The translations under genes were made by a program, and so were the position numbers. From NCBI GenBank assembly GCA_029263055.1, contig JAJCYG010000058.1, positions 3,587-67,586 on the forward strand: a stretch of DNA of 64,000 nt. Reading direction: 5' to 3'. Shown here in pieces: positions 63,466 to 64,000 of this stretch. Each line of letters starts with the position of its first letter. Position 1 is the stretch's first letter. The stretch comes from Actinomycetes bacterium. Its GTDB lineage: Bacteria; Auribacterota; JAJCYG01. The notes beneath the pieces are model-generated. The model was not told where the DNA came from, did no database searches, and saw nothing but the letters and a program-made list of their open reading frames with translations.

Positions 63466-63509
63466 AAAAAAACCGCTGACCATGGATTAGACTCCATAGT
63501 CAGCGGTTT
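63466..63509 (-). terminator. Intrinsic terminator downstream of the GT4 gene
   Basis: Minus strand AAACCGCUGACUAUGGA-GUCUAA-UCCAUGGUCAGCGGUUUUUUU, about 35 nt after the stop codon. Confidence 0.88.
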
Positions 63510-63544
63510 GAATAAACTCCGATATAGGTATCGGTGGTTACTTT

Positions 63545-64000
63545 TTATTGGTCATATGCGTGATAAGGGCACTTAAAATCGTGGAATAAATCTAAGTACT
63601 CTTCTAAGAGACGAGTTTGCAAAAAGCGTTGGCGAACCGACTCTTGAGCCAGTTTTCCCATTTTTCGGCGTAATTTCTCATCTTTAACTAAGGTGACAAT
63701 GCACTCTGCGGTTTCTTGAATGGTTGAAACCAAAAAGCCATTGACCCGATCGTCAATTTGATAAGGGATCCCACCGGTACGGCCCCCAATCACAGGGGTT
63801 CCCTTCCACATGGCCTCAGTCACAGTAAGACCAAAACCTTCTTTAAGGGACTTTTGCAGCACCACATCAGCCTTATGTTGCAACGCATTGACAAGCTCAG
63901 TGTCTTCCACCGACATGATCATGATTTCATCATTCTGCTCATGCAAAATAGATTCAAAGACTTCCATCCCTTCAGGATCATCTGTGGCCACATTCCCTAA
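63545..64000 (-). CDS. treT: GT4 glycosyltransferase, trehalose synthase TreT-like, C-terminal part (5' end outside window)
   Basis: Frame open to the window edge (LGNVATDDPEG..). VNALQ..ADVVLQKSLKEGFGLTVTEAMWKGTPVIGG..GGIPYQI..GFLV is the TreT-like GT4 signature. Confidence 0.8.
   Translation of the reverse strand, partial: LGNVATDDPEGMEVFESILHEQNDEIMIMSVEDTELVNALQHKADVVLQKSLKEGFGLTVTEAMWKGTPVIGGRTGGIPYQIDDRVNGFLVSTIQETAECIVTLVKDEKLRRKMGKLAQESVRQRFLQTRLLEEYLDLFHDFKCPYHAYDQ

Noticed and set aside
1-64000. CRISPR arrays, IS elements, NRPS/PKS or RTX repeats as explanation for the giant ORFs
   Set aside because: No repeat-spacer arrays, transposase motifs, A/C/KS domain motifs or GGxGxD repeats were seen.

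Overview
AT-rich bacterial window (roughly 39% GC by eye) almost filled by four co-oriented minus-strand genes: a ~9,937-aa giant (33128-62941), a ~3,625-aa giant (22127-33004), a 1,085-aa GGDEF-like protein (18783-22040) and a >6,160-aa giant (18481 to beyond the left edge) that the ORF track misses because it has no stop inside the window. A partial TreT-like GT4 glycosyltransferase lies at the right edge. The three giants share a signal peptide plus a ~500-aa N-terminal module (QDSHAN..AQ / E[GA]AxG / KRD / GGFH / GNRL) resembling the ChaN/TIKI/TraB/EreA fold, then diverge in cargo. Cargo includes a split GT2-like synthase, TolC-like repeats and a degenerate (alpha/alpha)6 domain; PPP-like and PP2C phosphatases; and an (alpha/alpha)6 glycosidase-like domain, YD-like repeats, a CBM-like domain and an FKS/GT48-like beta-glucan synthase. 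The two glycan-synthase giants are each preceded by a sigma70-type promoter and a c-di-GMP-I riboswitch overlapping a terminator (predicted ON switches). Best candidate new system: a c-di-GMP-switched locus of modular giant (poly)proteins that appear to combine glycan synthesis, processing and export. The architecture recalls giant genes of Omnitrophota-like bacteria, but taxonomy cannot be established here. All domain calls are by-eye motif recognition, not database hits, and internal domain coordinates are approximate.
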